64,000 bases of DNA, taken from IMG/VR virus record IMGVR_UViG_3300042876_000344, one strand, 5' to 3'. This stretch comes from a virus. Below are positions 25,301 to 34,284 of this stretch, one piece after another. The first letter of the stretch is position 1. Each line of letters begins with the position of its first letter. Position numbers and translations under genes: made by a program. Under the pieces are notes generated by a model. The model saw only the letters and a list, made by a program, of their open reading frames with translations. It did not search any database and was not told the DNA's origin.

Positions 25301-28300
25301 TTCGTTGCCGACGACGGAGAACAACCGCTTCTCTTGACCGAGCCGCGCCTTGATGTCGGCGACAAGGTGCGCTTCTTCGTTGAAGAGGCTCTCCTCGTAG
25401 GCATTCGTCCCGAACAGGGATTCCTGCTCAACCTGCTTGGATCCAGCCTTGCCTGCCCGGCGAACGACCTCTTCCAGCGCACCCTCTCGCATATTGGGAT
25501 GGCCAGCCATGAACTTCGCGACAGCGATCTGCGCCGCCTCGCTGAGGTTGCCCTTGCCGATGATGGCGCCCTGTCGGTGGGTGAGCCCGCCTCGCACAAC
25601 GTCGTCGAACAGCACGCCGGTCAACTTCGAGAGAGCGAGGCCGTCTTCGGCCACCTTCCCCTTCATCGAAATTCCGTTCGCGGCGAGTTCTTCCGGGGTG
25701 AGTCCACTGTCCCTGAATACCTTGGCTGCGTCAACAGCCGTGCCCTTGCCATCACCGATGTTGATGAGCGCGCCCTTCAGCCGGGCCTGTGCTGCGTTGG
25801 GGGCATCGACATACCGGACAGACATACTGTCCTCGCCGAGGCGTGCGGCCATCTCGTAGCGGTGGTGACCGTTGACAACGTAGGTCTTGCCGTCGGCAGG
25901 GTCGCGCCAGACCGCGATGGTTCCGGCCTTGTCCCTGTCGAACTTCGTGACGCCTTTGTACTCGTCGGTCACACCACCTTTGAGGTAGGCGTCCATCTTG
26001 TACTGGAACCGCTGCGGGTCGACGTGGAGATCCTCGATCGGAACGCGTATCTCCTTCGGATCGGCAACGACGCGCTGCTGCGCAGGGGCGGCCTGCGCTC
26101 CGCCGAGAGGGATATCCACTTGGCTACCATCTCGCTTGCTAAACGAAATGTGATCCAGTGTAATCTCCTGCCCATCCAGCGCCTTGTTGCCAGCGAACTT
26201 CGTGCCCTCGCCGGGCTTCACGTAGGCCAGCGTTACATGCGGCCGGTATGTCGGATGAGTATCGGTGTGTGGCAGGGCATCCGCGATAGCCTTGTTGATC
26301 CGATGAAGATCAGGTGATTCAACGTCGACCTTCACGACGTCAGATCCGCTGGCGTTCTTGGCGGGGAAGATACTAGTTTCCCCGAGGCGAGCACGAACCG
26401 GATGCTCCCGCGACAACACTTCGCGTATTTTTTCAATTGCTGCCGGAGAGTCATCATGCAGCCCGTACTTCACGGTGACATGCGGCTGGCTCTCCCTGCC
26501 ATCTTCCGCCAGCACGAAATCTGGGATTCTCAGGGATTCCTGCTTTACCTTGTCTGCGACTGGACCAGATAGGTTGGCCTGCGTAGATGCAAATTCGTGC
26601 GCAGGGGCGGCCTGCTCCGCCCCTGCTGGTGCTGCCTTCGGTTGGATCACCTCCTCTCTCGGGGGTTCCGACTTGAGTGCAGGCATGAGATCGTCGACGT
26701 GAATTTGAGCGCTGCCCGGGACGCCTACTGGTTGTAGTCCCTCGCGTCCGGAGGGGGGAATTTCTTGCCGGGATGGTCCTTCTGGAACTGCTCCTTGTTT
26801 TTGAAAAACTGGACCTGCTTCTCCCGGTGCTGCGCTTGGCTCTGCGACTGGTACGTTCCCAGGTTCTTGCCCTTGCCTGATACCAGCCGGAACTTGTTGC
26901 CCACTTTCTCGATCATTGGGGACCTCCAGGTCGTCGACAGTGAATACTTTCGCGGACTTCAGCGGGGTAGCCGGCTCGAATAGTGGCTTCGCTGGGGCAG
27001 GGGGTGCAGGGGCCTCAACAGCAGGCGGCTGTCGGGTTTCGTTATCTATGAACGTCTGGGCCGCATCCTGCGCTGACCGGGGTGCTTCGAACACGGCAGC
27101 GGATTCTGCGGCCGACTTGAACGGTGTGGCCGGCAGCGCTGTGTCTGGCCGCGCCTGCCAGGAATATTCCCATGGCAGCCTGGTGGAATCTTCGGGGTGA
27201 ACGTCGGCATAGCCCTGCTGATACGCGGCATCTTGGGCGGCCTTGGTGCGGTCGCCGTACCGTTCGAGCAACTGCTCTTTCCTGGATTTAGTAGGCTGGG
27301 CTACGGGCTGTTCTGTTTTCGGAACAGACGGCGGCATAATCTCCACCGGCTGCTCATTCGGTGCCGTCTCGCGTGTTCCGAAGTAATCGCCAGGGCGTTT
27401 CGCCTGCGCCGCGTGCTCCCGCCGCAACTGCTCCAGTTCGATGTTCGCGCGCTGCTCGCCGAGCCGGGCACCCTTGAAGGACGTCCCATTCGCACCGGGT
27501 GCAGCCAGCCCAGCGCCTGTCAGGAAAGCGGCTGCGGTGTCTGTGGGAGATCCGCCACCGATGGCGGTCTCCGCGCCCATCGCTGTGCCCATGCCAGCCA
27601 TCCTGGTGGCGGTGCGCGCCGGAGCCATGACGTGCCCTAGGGAGCCGAGCGCGGCACCCTTCGCTCCAGCCAGAGCAGCATGCCCGAATCCCTTGTCGGC
27701 TTCAGATGCGGCGTCGACGGCCGCCATGCCGAGAGGACCACCCAGCACCGCCGTAGCCACGCCATACTTCGCCAGATCGACAGGAGCCTGTCCGATGGCC
27801 TCATACAGGGGCTTCGCCAGCCCCGTGGCCCCCTGCCCTTCGAGTTTGTTCGCCTCTCCCTGGTAGAACTCCTCCACTGGAGTATACGGGTTTGCGTTCT
27901 CCGTGCCGGCTACGTGGTAGGTAGTCGCCCCGCGAAGCCCAAGATTCGCCGCCCGTGATGCGTCGGCGGCGATCTCATCGCGCCACCCCTTGCCAGGCGA
28001 GGCAGGAACAGAGGAGGGGACAGGCAGATCTGGCGCGACGGCGGGCTTCGACATATAGGGGTTGCCCGCCATGTCGGCGCCCATCTGCGCCAAGTTCCCG
28101 CCGAGTTTTGCCGTCTTCGCGACAGCGCGATTGTAGCCCTGCTGAATCGACCGCGCCGGCCGGATGATGCTCTCGCTGATGAGGTTCATCCCGGTTGCGC
28201 CGGGCGTCTCCTCCATCTTCACCTTCGGAGCGGCGATGCCCTTGAGAGGGATACCGGCCGCTTGCGATGCCTGCTCGTTGAGATCTGGAGGGACCAGATC

Positions 28301-28342
28301 GTCGACCGAAACCACGAGATCATCTACAGAGTATTTGGGCAT
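22379..28342 (-). CDS. giant polyvalent virion or ejection-type protein with 2H-phosphoesterase-like and ParB/Srx-like domains
   Basis: 1987-codon open frame. Gly/Ala-rich membrane-like N-terminus. Two HxT motifs (PHVTVKYGL near nt 26482, PHVTLAYV near nt 26239). ParB-like VDPQRFQYK...VVNGHHRYEMA at about 25763-26050. Long alpha-helical C-terminal ~1000 aa. Confidence 0.8.
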   Translation of the reverse strand: MPKYSVDDLVVSVDDLVPPDLNEQASQAAGIPLKGIAAPKVKMEETPGATGMNLISESIIRPARSIQQGYNRAVAKTAKLGGNLAQMGADMAGNPYMSKPAVAPDLPVPSSVPASPGKGWRDEIAADASRAANLGLRGATTYHVAGTENANPYTPVEEFYQGEANKLEGQGATGLAKPLYEAIGQAPVDLAKYGVATAVLGGPLGMAAVDAASEADKGFGHAALAGAKGAALGSLGHVMAPARTATRMAGMGTAMGAETAIGGGSPTDTAAAFLTGAGLAAPGANGTSFKGARLGEQRANIELEQLRREHAAQAKRPGDYFGTRETAPNEQPVEIMPPSVPKTEQPVAQPTKSRKEQLLERYGDRTKAAQDAAYQQGYADVHPEDSTRLPWEYSWQARPDTALPATPFKSAAESAAVFEAPRSAQDAAQTFIDNETRQPPAVEAPAPPAPAKPLFEPATPLKSAKVFTVDDLEVPNDRESGQQVPAGIRQGQEPGNVPVAEPSAAPGEAGPVFQKQGAVPEGPSRQEIPPSGREGLQPVGVPGSAQIHVDDLMPALKSEPPREEVIQPKAAPAGAEQAAPAHEFASTQANLSGPVADKVKQESLRIPDFVLAEDGRESQPHVTVKYGLHDDSPAAIEKIREVLSREHPVRARLGETSIFPAKNASGSDVVKVDVESPDLHRINKAIADALPHTDTHPTYRPHVTLAYVKPGEGTKFAGNKALDGQEITLDHISFSKRDGSQVDIPLGGAQAAPAQQRVVADPKEIRVPIEDLHVDPQRFQYKMDAYLKGGVTDEYKGVTKFDRDKAGTIAVWRDPADGKTYVVNGHHRYEMAARLGEDSMSVRYVDAPNAAQARLKGALINIGDGKGTAVDAAKVFRDSGLTPEELAANGISMKGKVAEDGLALSKLTGVLFDDVVRGGLTHRQGAIIGKGNLSEAAQIAVAKFMAGHPNMREGALEEVVRRAGKAGSKQVEQESLFGTNAYEESLFNEEAHLVADIKARLGQEKRLFSVVGNENAASRLAGAGNKIEAERNAQIAGEAGEALGVFDALQDKSGPIADAIAQAAREVADGKPRKQVADQLYGIVRAEVSKAVRGGEGGVPAEPGGGVASGPSEGPGLFDAPSGVSPRRLADQGGFLTIPGKQPAPPMDAAEQARATLAAKREAARKGKEYSLLEKLTKRKAEFVDNLSPILDVLAKNNDSSRRDFSNAADRSLGSRELAEREIRDGGLMRAIQAADDYQALNDFLVAKEAIRESQGKDRATGVDLAGAKAIYNKYVNMPANESGITYGQLAKEVGLAGDRLLDYSVKSGLVSQQIAGVWRQQYGTEHVPLSRIMGAIEDASANMSGTKATASLSAQSVYQKRVGSERAIENPLETMLDRTRKAFEQGEKNKAAALLASYANKPGMQGLLQEVSEADSKTSFTYLRDGKKVVIQTTPEIAAAAKCLNAQQMNKTLALIMNGPARLARMGTTGANIAFGFANPVGDWFTTLVNSKEYRDTSLNPKVFGQAFAAAYFHNQTWSRIEKTGAGFTSLDLFRETMPQTVGGMRKFRSAKDYAKHLVDAEGFKGNKVKWAVGIPVKRAAGLIRAIEDFNNRGEQFGRARLFLGTERANLRRGATPAEAEAAGVHAANNELPNYRRHGDVTNGLGGAILYLNARVQGARSFVSAFQDRPVQTATKIMVGVYAPMAMLTVANMYDEKRRAIYRDIPEYEKEGYMIYIAPGAVKNEKTGRYDGVFKMKMAPDIGAIATPVRRAIEAQMGGEKVNPLQDVARPIAGSVLPFDPSPRGMWAGLLPQAAKPSTEYATNFDTFRQKPIVNQRLQDLPVEEQVAPNTSGTMKKLAGALNAPPIKVEQFVKSTLGGWTPQLLNLADTAAAAAGAIKPEEIGGETLPTAVLKRFTSAAGGAQENSYYTLRREAQEKAARAAIKRIRANPAFDAFDEQQKKRAINSAANQARQSVIKAEGGKSIRTATPERKVEIMKEFLRRLPE
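26725..26916 (-). CDS. 63-aa gene nested in the +1 frame inside the giant ORF
   Basis: GGAGG at 26923-26927 lies 6 nt before ATG 26916. MIEKVGNKFRLVSGKGKNLGTYQSQSQAQHREKQVQFFKNKEQFQKDHPGKKFPPPDARDYNQ. 53/63 codons end in G/C, versus about one third in the host frame over the same stretch. Confidence 0.6.
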   Translation of the reverse strand: MIEKVGNKFRLVSGKGKNLGTYQSQSQAQHREKQVQFFKNKEQFQKDHPGKKFPPPDARDYNQ

Positions 28343-28349
28343 TTATTGC

Positions 28350-29627
28350 CTACTCGAAAACCACTGAGCCGTCCGGATTGAATCCCTTGATAATCGCCTC
28401 TTTGCCGTCTTTTGTTTTTGCTCGCTGCCCAGCCCTGAACACATGCCCTGAAGAGCTCTTGAATTCAGGGAGCAGCTTCTGCCCGGCTGCTGGCTTCGGC
28501 GGCGCAGGCGGCTTAGGAGGCGCTTGGCCGACTCCCTGTAATACCGGGGCGCGCTCCTGCGTAATGCTCCCTCCCAGGTTCACGATCTCCTGGAGATAGG
28601 ACTCCTGGATCTGCTCCTTCTTTTTGTTGAGCCGGTCCTGGATTTCCTTCTTTGCCGGCTCCAGCAGGGTGTAGTCGATGGCAATTTTCCCGTCAGGGCC
28701 CTTTTTCTGGTAGGGGTTGGTAAGCCCTGCGGTCAACTCTGCTGTCTCCTTTGCGGCCTCTTCTTCTGCCGCCGCCAGTCGGCTCGCCTTGACCCGCTCC
28801 GCCATCTGGAATTGGCCGGGCTTCCCTCTCTCGTCGCCGCTTCCGGCTCCACCAACCTTCGGAGGCCGGATTACATTCTTGCCCGCGATGTAATTGATCC
28901 GGTCTGGCCCCTTCAGCCCCATCTGGTTAGCTTCTTTCATCCGGCGAGCCGTGGCGGCTTCGTCCATCTCTTCCCTCGTGGGAGCCATCGGCTTCATCGG
29001 CCCACCCTCGCCGATCACCCTCCCAGTCAGAGGGTCAATCGCCCGGGCGCCTGGTGACAGGACTGTCGGCGCGGGCTGTTTCGGGTGACGCATCTCATAG
29101 TCAATCTGCGCCTGCTTGCGGTCCTCCGTCTCTCCCTGCCTCGCCCACAATCCGCCCTGCGCCTCGGCCTGCGCCTGCCGCCGCTGCTGCTCTGCCTGGT
29201 TCGCGGCGATCTTCGCGCGGGCTTCCGCAGCACCGACGTCCTGCCCGTACTCATTCATTTGCCGGGTGTACTTCGGATGAATTACCGCCGGATTCAGGAA
29301 CATCTCCCCGACAGTCTGCAGTGCGCCCTTCCAGCCCTTCGCGGGTTGGAGTTGCGGGCGATTCGCGATGGTCTGCTTCAGTTCCTCGTCGGCATTCATG
29401 GCGGCGCGCGTACTCTCGCGAGCATCGTCTGCCGTGCGCCATGCCGGCATCTGCGGGCTGGCTGACTGCGCCGGCATCTGCGGGGGAGCCTCGACCGGCG
29501 GCGGCTCCTGGGCGAGACGCGGAGGCGGCGGAGGGATGTACTTCAGCTTCCGAGGGTCGAGCGGGTCGAGGGCCTCATCGTACTTCGGCTTGTTCGGGTC
29601 ATTGAGATATTCCAAGGGATCGTACAT
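28350..29627 (-). CDS. internal virion protein candidate (Pro/Gln-rich, hypothetical)
   Basis: 425 aa. Position between tail genes and the giant protein. Confidence 0.7.
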   Translation of the reverse strand: MYDPLEYLNDPNKPKYDEALDPLDPRKLKYIPPPPPRLAQEPPPVEAPPQMPAQSASPQMPAWRTADDARESTRAAMNADEELKQTIANRPQLQPAKGWKGALQTVGEMFLNPAVIHPKYTRQMNEYGQDVGAAEARAKIAANQAEQQRRQAQAEAQGGLWARQGETEDRKQAQIDYEMRHPKQPAPTVLSPGARAIDPLTGRVIGEGGPMKPMAPTREEMDEAATARRMKEANQMGLKGPDRINYIAGKNVIRPPKVGGAGSGDERGKPGQFQMAERVKASRLAAAEEEAAKETAELTAGLTNPYQKKGPDGKIAIDYTLLEPAKKEIQDRLNKKKEQIQESYLQEIVNLGGSITQERAPVLQGVGQAPPKPPAPPKPAAGQKLLPEFKSSSGHVFRAGQRAKTKDGKEAIIKGFNPDGSVVFE

Positions 29628-29629
29628 CG

Positions 29630-31384
29630 TTACCCCCCAAATGCTTTTTTCGTGGCGGCGCTGGCAACTCCGCCTACAACGCCCTTGAGGACGCTACCCC
29701 AGCCACTCGCATCCTTCGCCGTCTGGTAGTTCTGGTTGTTCCGGGTCGCGGTGTTCGCCGCCCCCGTCATCGTGCCGTAGTTCTCGATCCGCTGGGCGTT
29801 GGCGGTGTTCACGTTATTGCTGGCTTGGGACTGCTGGCCGGTGAGGAATCCGCGGCCCTCAGCCTCTTCCGCTTTCTTCTGGTTCGCTACCGTCGTCGCG
29901 TTCGCCGTCGACCGATCCGCAACGCCAAATCCCTGGTTGGCCTTCTGCTGCTGGGCGAACTGGGTCGCCCCCTGGCGGTTCGTGGCCACCGTGCCGGCGC
30001 GCTGCGTCCCGGCTGCGTCAATCTGCTGCTGCAGGGCGATGCCGGTATTCTGGTTCGCCTGGTTCGCCGCCTGCTTCCGCGCCGCCAGTTCCAGTTCGGT
30101 CGAAACCCCCACGTCCTGCTTGTTCTTCTCAGCCGCCAGCCGCTGCGCCGCGATGTTTTTCTCGGCATCCGAGAGATATCCCGTGAGGGATTGTTCCGCC
30201 CCGAGGCGGGTTTTCTCGGAACTCAGCGCAGAATTCACGCCGAGGTCGGCAAGCGAGAGTTCCGCGTTGCTGCGGAGGCCGGCGTAGTTGTTGGCGCCCT
30301 GCATCCGGAGCCCTTCGGCGTCCATTAGGGTTTTCCGCTGCGCGGCGTCGGCGCCCACTTCGGCATTCGCCCGGGCGTCGGCACTGTCCACCGCGGATTG
30401 CTGATCGAGGCGCGCGCGAGCTGCGGCAACGGCCAGGGGTGAGGCGTTCCCGGAGGCAGCCGCGCGCATCTGGAGGTCCTGTTGCGCCGCCCGGTACTGG
30501 TTTCCGACCTGGCGCTGGCTCTTGTTGATGATGGCCTCGCGCTGCGCGTCCGTCATCCGCATGCCCGTGGTGTCGGCATGCAGGTCGTTGTAGTTGATGG
30601 CGTCCCGAACGTTCGTGCCGGCCGTCCCCACGGTGCGATTCACACCAGCCGCAACGCCCCTGTCCATCTTCAGGGCTGTCGGGTCGATGGCCCCGCGCTG
30701 GGATGCGGCAACTTCGCCGGTCATGTTCTGGAGCGCATCATTGCCGGCGTCCCGCTCTGCGCGGACGTATCTGCCTGCGTCGTTCTCGATTTGGTCGGTG
30801 GTGGAGGGGTCGTAATAGGCACGGGCCTTCTCGGGGTCGCCGAGCATCGCCGCCTGTTCGTCGCCGGTCAGTTGCAGTTCTTGCGCCTGCTCCGGGGTAT
30901 ATTCCAGACCCTTCAGCCGCTCGTCATTGAGGATTCGCTTGGTGGTGTCGGCGTCGTATCCGCCCTGCCCGGAAAGGATCGGGTTGTACTGGTCGATGGC
31001 CTTCTTCTGGAAATACCCTTCGTCGAGCCCTGCCTGGTTCGCCCGGTTCTGCAAACTGCCGGCAATGGCGCCGCCCTCGGCATAGGCCATCTGCCGGTCC
31101 TGGAGCGCCATCCCGCCGGGGTCCTTGTCGCTCACCGCCGCCGGGTTGTAGGTGCTGGTTGCCGGCGCGCCGCTGCGCGAGTAGTCGCCGAGAACATTCG
31201 GGCCACCGTAGGATTCGTCTCCGCCCGTGCTGTAGATGACGCCGGGGGGAGGACCCCCAGGTGTAGTGGGGCGGTTGACATCGGCAGTTTCCCCCATGCC
31301 GCCATAGGCCGCCAGATCCTGGGGGCTCAGTAGTCTATCCGTAGCCGTCGACCCGAAGCGTTTTTTGGAGTCGGTGAATGTCAT
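29630..31384 (-). CDS. internal virion protein candidate (Q/A/N-rich helical, hypothetical)
   Basis: 584 aa. Low-complexity helical composition typical of ejection or core proteins. Assigned by position. Confidence 0.7.
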   Translation of the reverse strand: MTFTDSKKRFGSTATDRLLSPQDLAAYGGMGETADVNRPTTPGGPPPGVIYSTGGDESYGGPNVLGDYSRSGAPATSTYNPAAVSDKDPGGMALQDRQMAYAEGGAIAGSLQNRANQAGLDEGYFQKKAIDQYNPILSGQGGYDADTTKRILNDERLKGLEYTPEQAQELQLTGDEQAAMLGDPEKARAYYDPSTTDQIENDAGRYVRAERDAGNDALQNMTGEVAASQRGAIDPTALKMDRGVAAGVNRTVGTAGTNVRDAINYNDLHADTTGMRMTDAQREAIINKSQRQVGNQYRAAQQDLQMRAAASGNASPLAVAAARARLDQQSAVDSADARANAEVGADAAQRKTLMDAEGLRMQGANNYAGLRSNAELSLADLGVNSALSSEKTRLGAEQSLTGYLSDAEKNIAAQRLAAEKNKQDVGVSTELELAARKQAANQANQNTGIALQQQIDAAGTQRAGTVATNRQGATQFAQQQKANQGFGVADRSTANATTVANQKKAEEAEGRGFLTGQQSQASNNVNTANAQRIENYGTMTGAANTATRNNQNYQTAKDASGWGSVLKGVVGGVASAATKKAFGG

Positions 31385-31393
31385 GATGCCTCC

Positions 31394-32359
31394 TTAGACT
31401 GGCGGGCTGGTGATGCCCATCGGGATGGTGTGCGTGTGGTTGTCGGCGCCGCCGGGATCTGTCGTCGTGCTGGACCCTGCGTAATAGTGGGCGTGGTTCC
31501 CGGTGGAGAAATAGGCAGCCACCAGCGCGGCCAGCGAGGCGACAGACATGGAAGCGAGGGTGGAACCGTTCCAGTAGAGCACCAGCCCAGAAGTGAGGCC
31601 CGTTCCGGCCACATCCGCCGCCGCGCCCAGGTCGATTTTCGCGGTTTTGAGTTTCTTCGACGCGTCGAGTTTCAGGGGCATCGACGCGGACAAACCAGAC
31701 GCGGAGAACTGGGCGTTCCCGGACTCCAGGACAACCGCCTCGCCGGGGCCGCTGTAAACCTCCAGCCGCCCTGGCGTGGCGCGGGTGTATTTCCCCGTCG
31801 CCGGGTCGTAAACCGTGATGCGCCCGCTGCCTGAGCCGTTCGCCACTTCGGCGATGACGCTGGCCTCGGCATCGTTCCACACATACAGGCCGCTGTCACC
31901 CATCGCCGCCTTGAACCCGCTGACGTCGTTCTTGACCTGGATGCCCATTGTCCCATTGGGGTCGATGTAGTTCCCGAGGGTGGTGGTGGCGCCATCCTTC
32001 TGGACGATGATGATAGCGTTCCGGATGTTCAGCGTACCGGTATTGTCGACGAAGAGGTTCGCGGTGTCAGGGCCAGTACCGCCGATGTAGACCTGCGCGA
32101 AAAACGCGCCGATGTATTTGTCCTGCGCCCCGATCCAGGCGATGAGGTTACCGTCCTGGTCGGTGACGACAATCGGGTCCTGCGCCTCTGGCGTGGACTG
32201 CAGGGTTTTGTAGATGCGCTCGAAATGCTGCTGGACGAGAGAAAGAGCCTGCGCCGTCTCGGGGCTTACCCTTCTGAATGCGTCTGCGAGTTGTAGGAGC
32301 GATGGGGGTGTCTTCTCATCTTTTGAAAGAAGGGGCTTTATGATGCCCGACTGAATCAC
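31394..32359 (-). CDS. tail-associated structural protein (GTG start)
   Basis: GGAGG 6 nt before GTG 32359. 321 aa, beta-rich. Confidence 0.65.
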   Translation of the reverse strand: MIQSGIIKPLLSKDEKTPPSLLQLADAFRRVSPETAQALSLVQQHFERIYKTLQSTPEAQDPIVVTDQDGNLIAWIGAQDKYIGAFFAQVYIGGTGPDTANLFVDNTGTLNIRNAIIIVQKDGATTTLGNYIDPNGTMGIQVKNDVSGFKAAMGDSGLYVWNDAEASVIAEVANGSGSGRITVYDPATGKYTRATPGRLEVYSGPGEAVVLESGNAQFSASGLSASMPLKLDASKKLKTAKIDLGAAADVAGTGLTSGLVLYWNGSTLASMSVASLAALVAAYFSTGNHAHYYAGSSTTTDPGGADNHTHTIPMGITSPPV

Positions 32360-32362
32360 AAT

Positions 32363-34279
32363 CTACCTCCGGGTCAGATGTGCGCTGTAGTAAACGCGAA
32401 CTGCTGACAAGAGGAAATAGCCATTCAGCTCTTCCACTCTGATGCGGAGCGATTCCTGCTCCGAGCTCAAAAACCATTGTCGCAGAGGTTCCTTCCCAGG
32501 GGAAGACTCCAATGCGATTGGCAAAGCAGAAACTTGCTTTACCCGTCCCATCCCGTAGGCTGTCAAATACAGAGATCCCGCCCCCTTCACCCGGAAGTGG
32601 GCGCCGTGGAACTGTCTCACCTGCCCCGGCGTCGTCTTCGGCGGGAGGAGTGAGGTTTCAAACTGTGACCGGATAGCCAGGCCGTCGTCGTTGTACGGCT
32701 GCGCGTCTTGCGCGTTCTTCTGGCGGTAGATCTTCGTGCCGCTGGCCTCCCAGACCTCCTGCAGGCTGGTCGTCGGGTTCGTGCCGATGCAGCCGGCACC
32801 GATGGCCCGGCCGTCGTACCAGGAGTCAGGAGAGAACGCGATCTCTTCGGGGGAGGTGCCGTTCGTGTAGTCGAACGTGAACCGGTAGTTCGCCTGGGTC
32901 GCGCCGTCGAGCGGCACCCACACGCGGACTTTCTGGTTTTTCGCGTCGTCCACCACTACGATTTCAGCGGCCGCGTTCCAGTTGATGCGCGCCCACCAGT
33001 CTGCTACATAATAGCTGACCGGCTTGTCCGGATACGCTCCGCCCTGGAACAGGTAGAGCCCGCCCGTGTGCGCCACCCAGGCGTAACCCTGCGAGGGATT
33101 CGCGGACACGCACCGCGGCGCCAGAACGCCGATCCGGCCGTCTACCAGTTGCATCGTCGGCCACTGAACCGGAACCAGCCCGTTGTCGGAGGTGTAGTAG
33201 GTCCAGTTCGGGCCCAGGATATAGAGCCCGTTCGGCATCATGAACGCCGTGACCATCCGCCGGAATCCGGGCAGGGAAAGAACATGCTGATCGGCGGTGA
33301 TGTGCTGCGGCTTCTCCGGCTCGCTCACCCACATTTGGGAGAGGCCGTTGAGTTCCGCGATGTACCCGATCCGGTTACCGATTTCCACCACCACGCTGGG
33401 ATTGAAGGGGCCATTGCCCGTGATGTCCTGGCTGAACAGAGAGAGGTTCTCTGTGACATCCGTACCCGTGGCCTCCAGGTCTGCGTCGGAGATATCAGCC
33501 AACGCGCCCACCACAAACGAGGACCCGCCGGGGACGGCCGCGCCCAGGCTGGGGACCAAATACCATCGGTTCAGATTCTTGGTGGTGGTGATGACTGGGT
33601 AAACCTTCGTCACCTCAACCGGCCAGGTTGTCGTCGGCGCAATCGAGAACACGAGTTGCTTGTCGCCGGCGGCGGTAAAATCGACAATCCCTGAGATTGT
33701 GCCCTGATACCCGGTCCTGGTTTCGGCGATGAAGCCAAGCCGGTGGAGCCCCGCCGTGATGTTCCCCGTGGAGAGTTCGGACGGCGTGATTGTCGCCGCC
33801 ACACGCCCCAGGAATGCGCGGTCCACCTCCAGCGCCGAGCCGTTGACGTTCACGATGCGGCAGGGGCCAGCGCCGCGGCCGCTGGAATTCTGACAGGCGA
33901 TATAAACCCGGTTGCCGCCAGACACGATGCTGGCCGACACCATGGCCGCCTGAGTGAACAGCGTATACGGCTCAACCCCGCTGGGCGAGCCGATGCTGAA
34001 ATAGCATTTCGCCACTCCGGCAGCGTTCACGTAGAACAGGTAATTGCCCGCGAGGCTGACAGCATCGGGGGTTTTCACCCAATTGAAGAGGCTCCGTACG
34101 GCCTCGTTAGGGTTCAGCAGTTGACCGAATCCGAAACGAGTCCGTACGGCTCCCGGCTGGTATTCCACATTCTCGGCAAACCGGCTCCCCTCCATCGGCA
34201 CGTCGGACTCCTCCATGGCTGTCCAGGGCCCACGGAAAGTCGTGATGTCGACGTAAGGGTAGCCGGAGATCAGCGACAT
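32363..34279 (-). CDS. large tail protein (tail-tube or nozzle-like, by size and position)
   Basis: 638 aa. Located downstream of the capsid and adaptor-like genes, as in T7/P22-like podoviruses. Confidence 0.65.
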   Translation of the reverse strand: MSLISGYPYVDITTFRGPWTAMEESDVPMEGSRFAENVEYQPGAVRTRFGFGQLLNPNEAVRSLFNWVKTPDAVSLAGNYLFYVNAAGVAKCYFSIGSPSGVEPYTLFTQAAMVSASIVSGGNRVYIACQNSSGRGAGPCRIVNVNGSALEVDRAFLGRVAATITPSELSTGNITAGLHRLGFIAETRTGYQGTISGIVDFTAAGDKQLVFSIAPTTTWPVEVTKVYPVITTTKNLNRWYLVPSLGAAVPGGSSFVVGALADISDADLEATGTDVTENLSLFSQDITGNGPFNPSVVVEIGNRIGYIAELNGLSQMWVSEPEKPQHITADQHVLSLPGFRRMVTAFMMPNGLYILGPNWTYYTSDNGLVPVQWPTMQLVDGRIGVLAPRCVSANPSQGYAWVAHTGGLYLFQGGAYPDKPVSYYVADWWARINWNAAAEIVVVDDAKNQKVRVWVPLDGATQANYRFTFDYTNGTSPEEIAFSPDSWYDGRAIGAGCIGTNPTTSLQEVWEASGTKIYRQKNAQDAQPYNDDGLAIRSQFETSLLPPKTTPGQVRQFHGAHFRVKGAGSLYLTAYGMGRVKQVSALPIALESSPGKEPLRQWFLSSEQESLRIRVEELNGYFLLSAVRVYYSAHLTRR

Positions 34280-34284
34280 GACGC

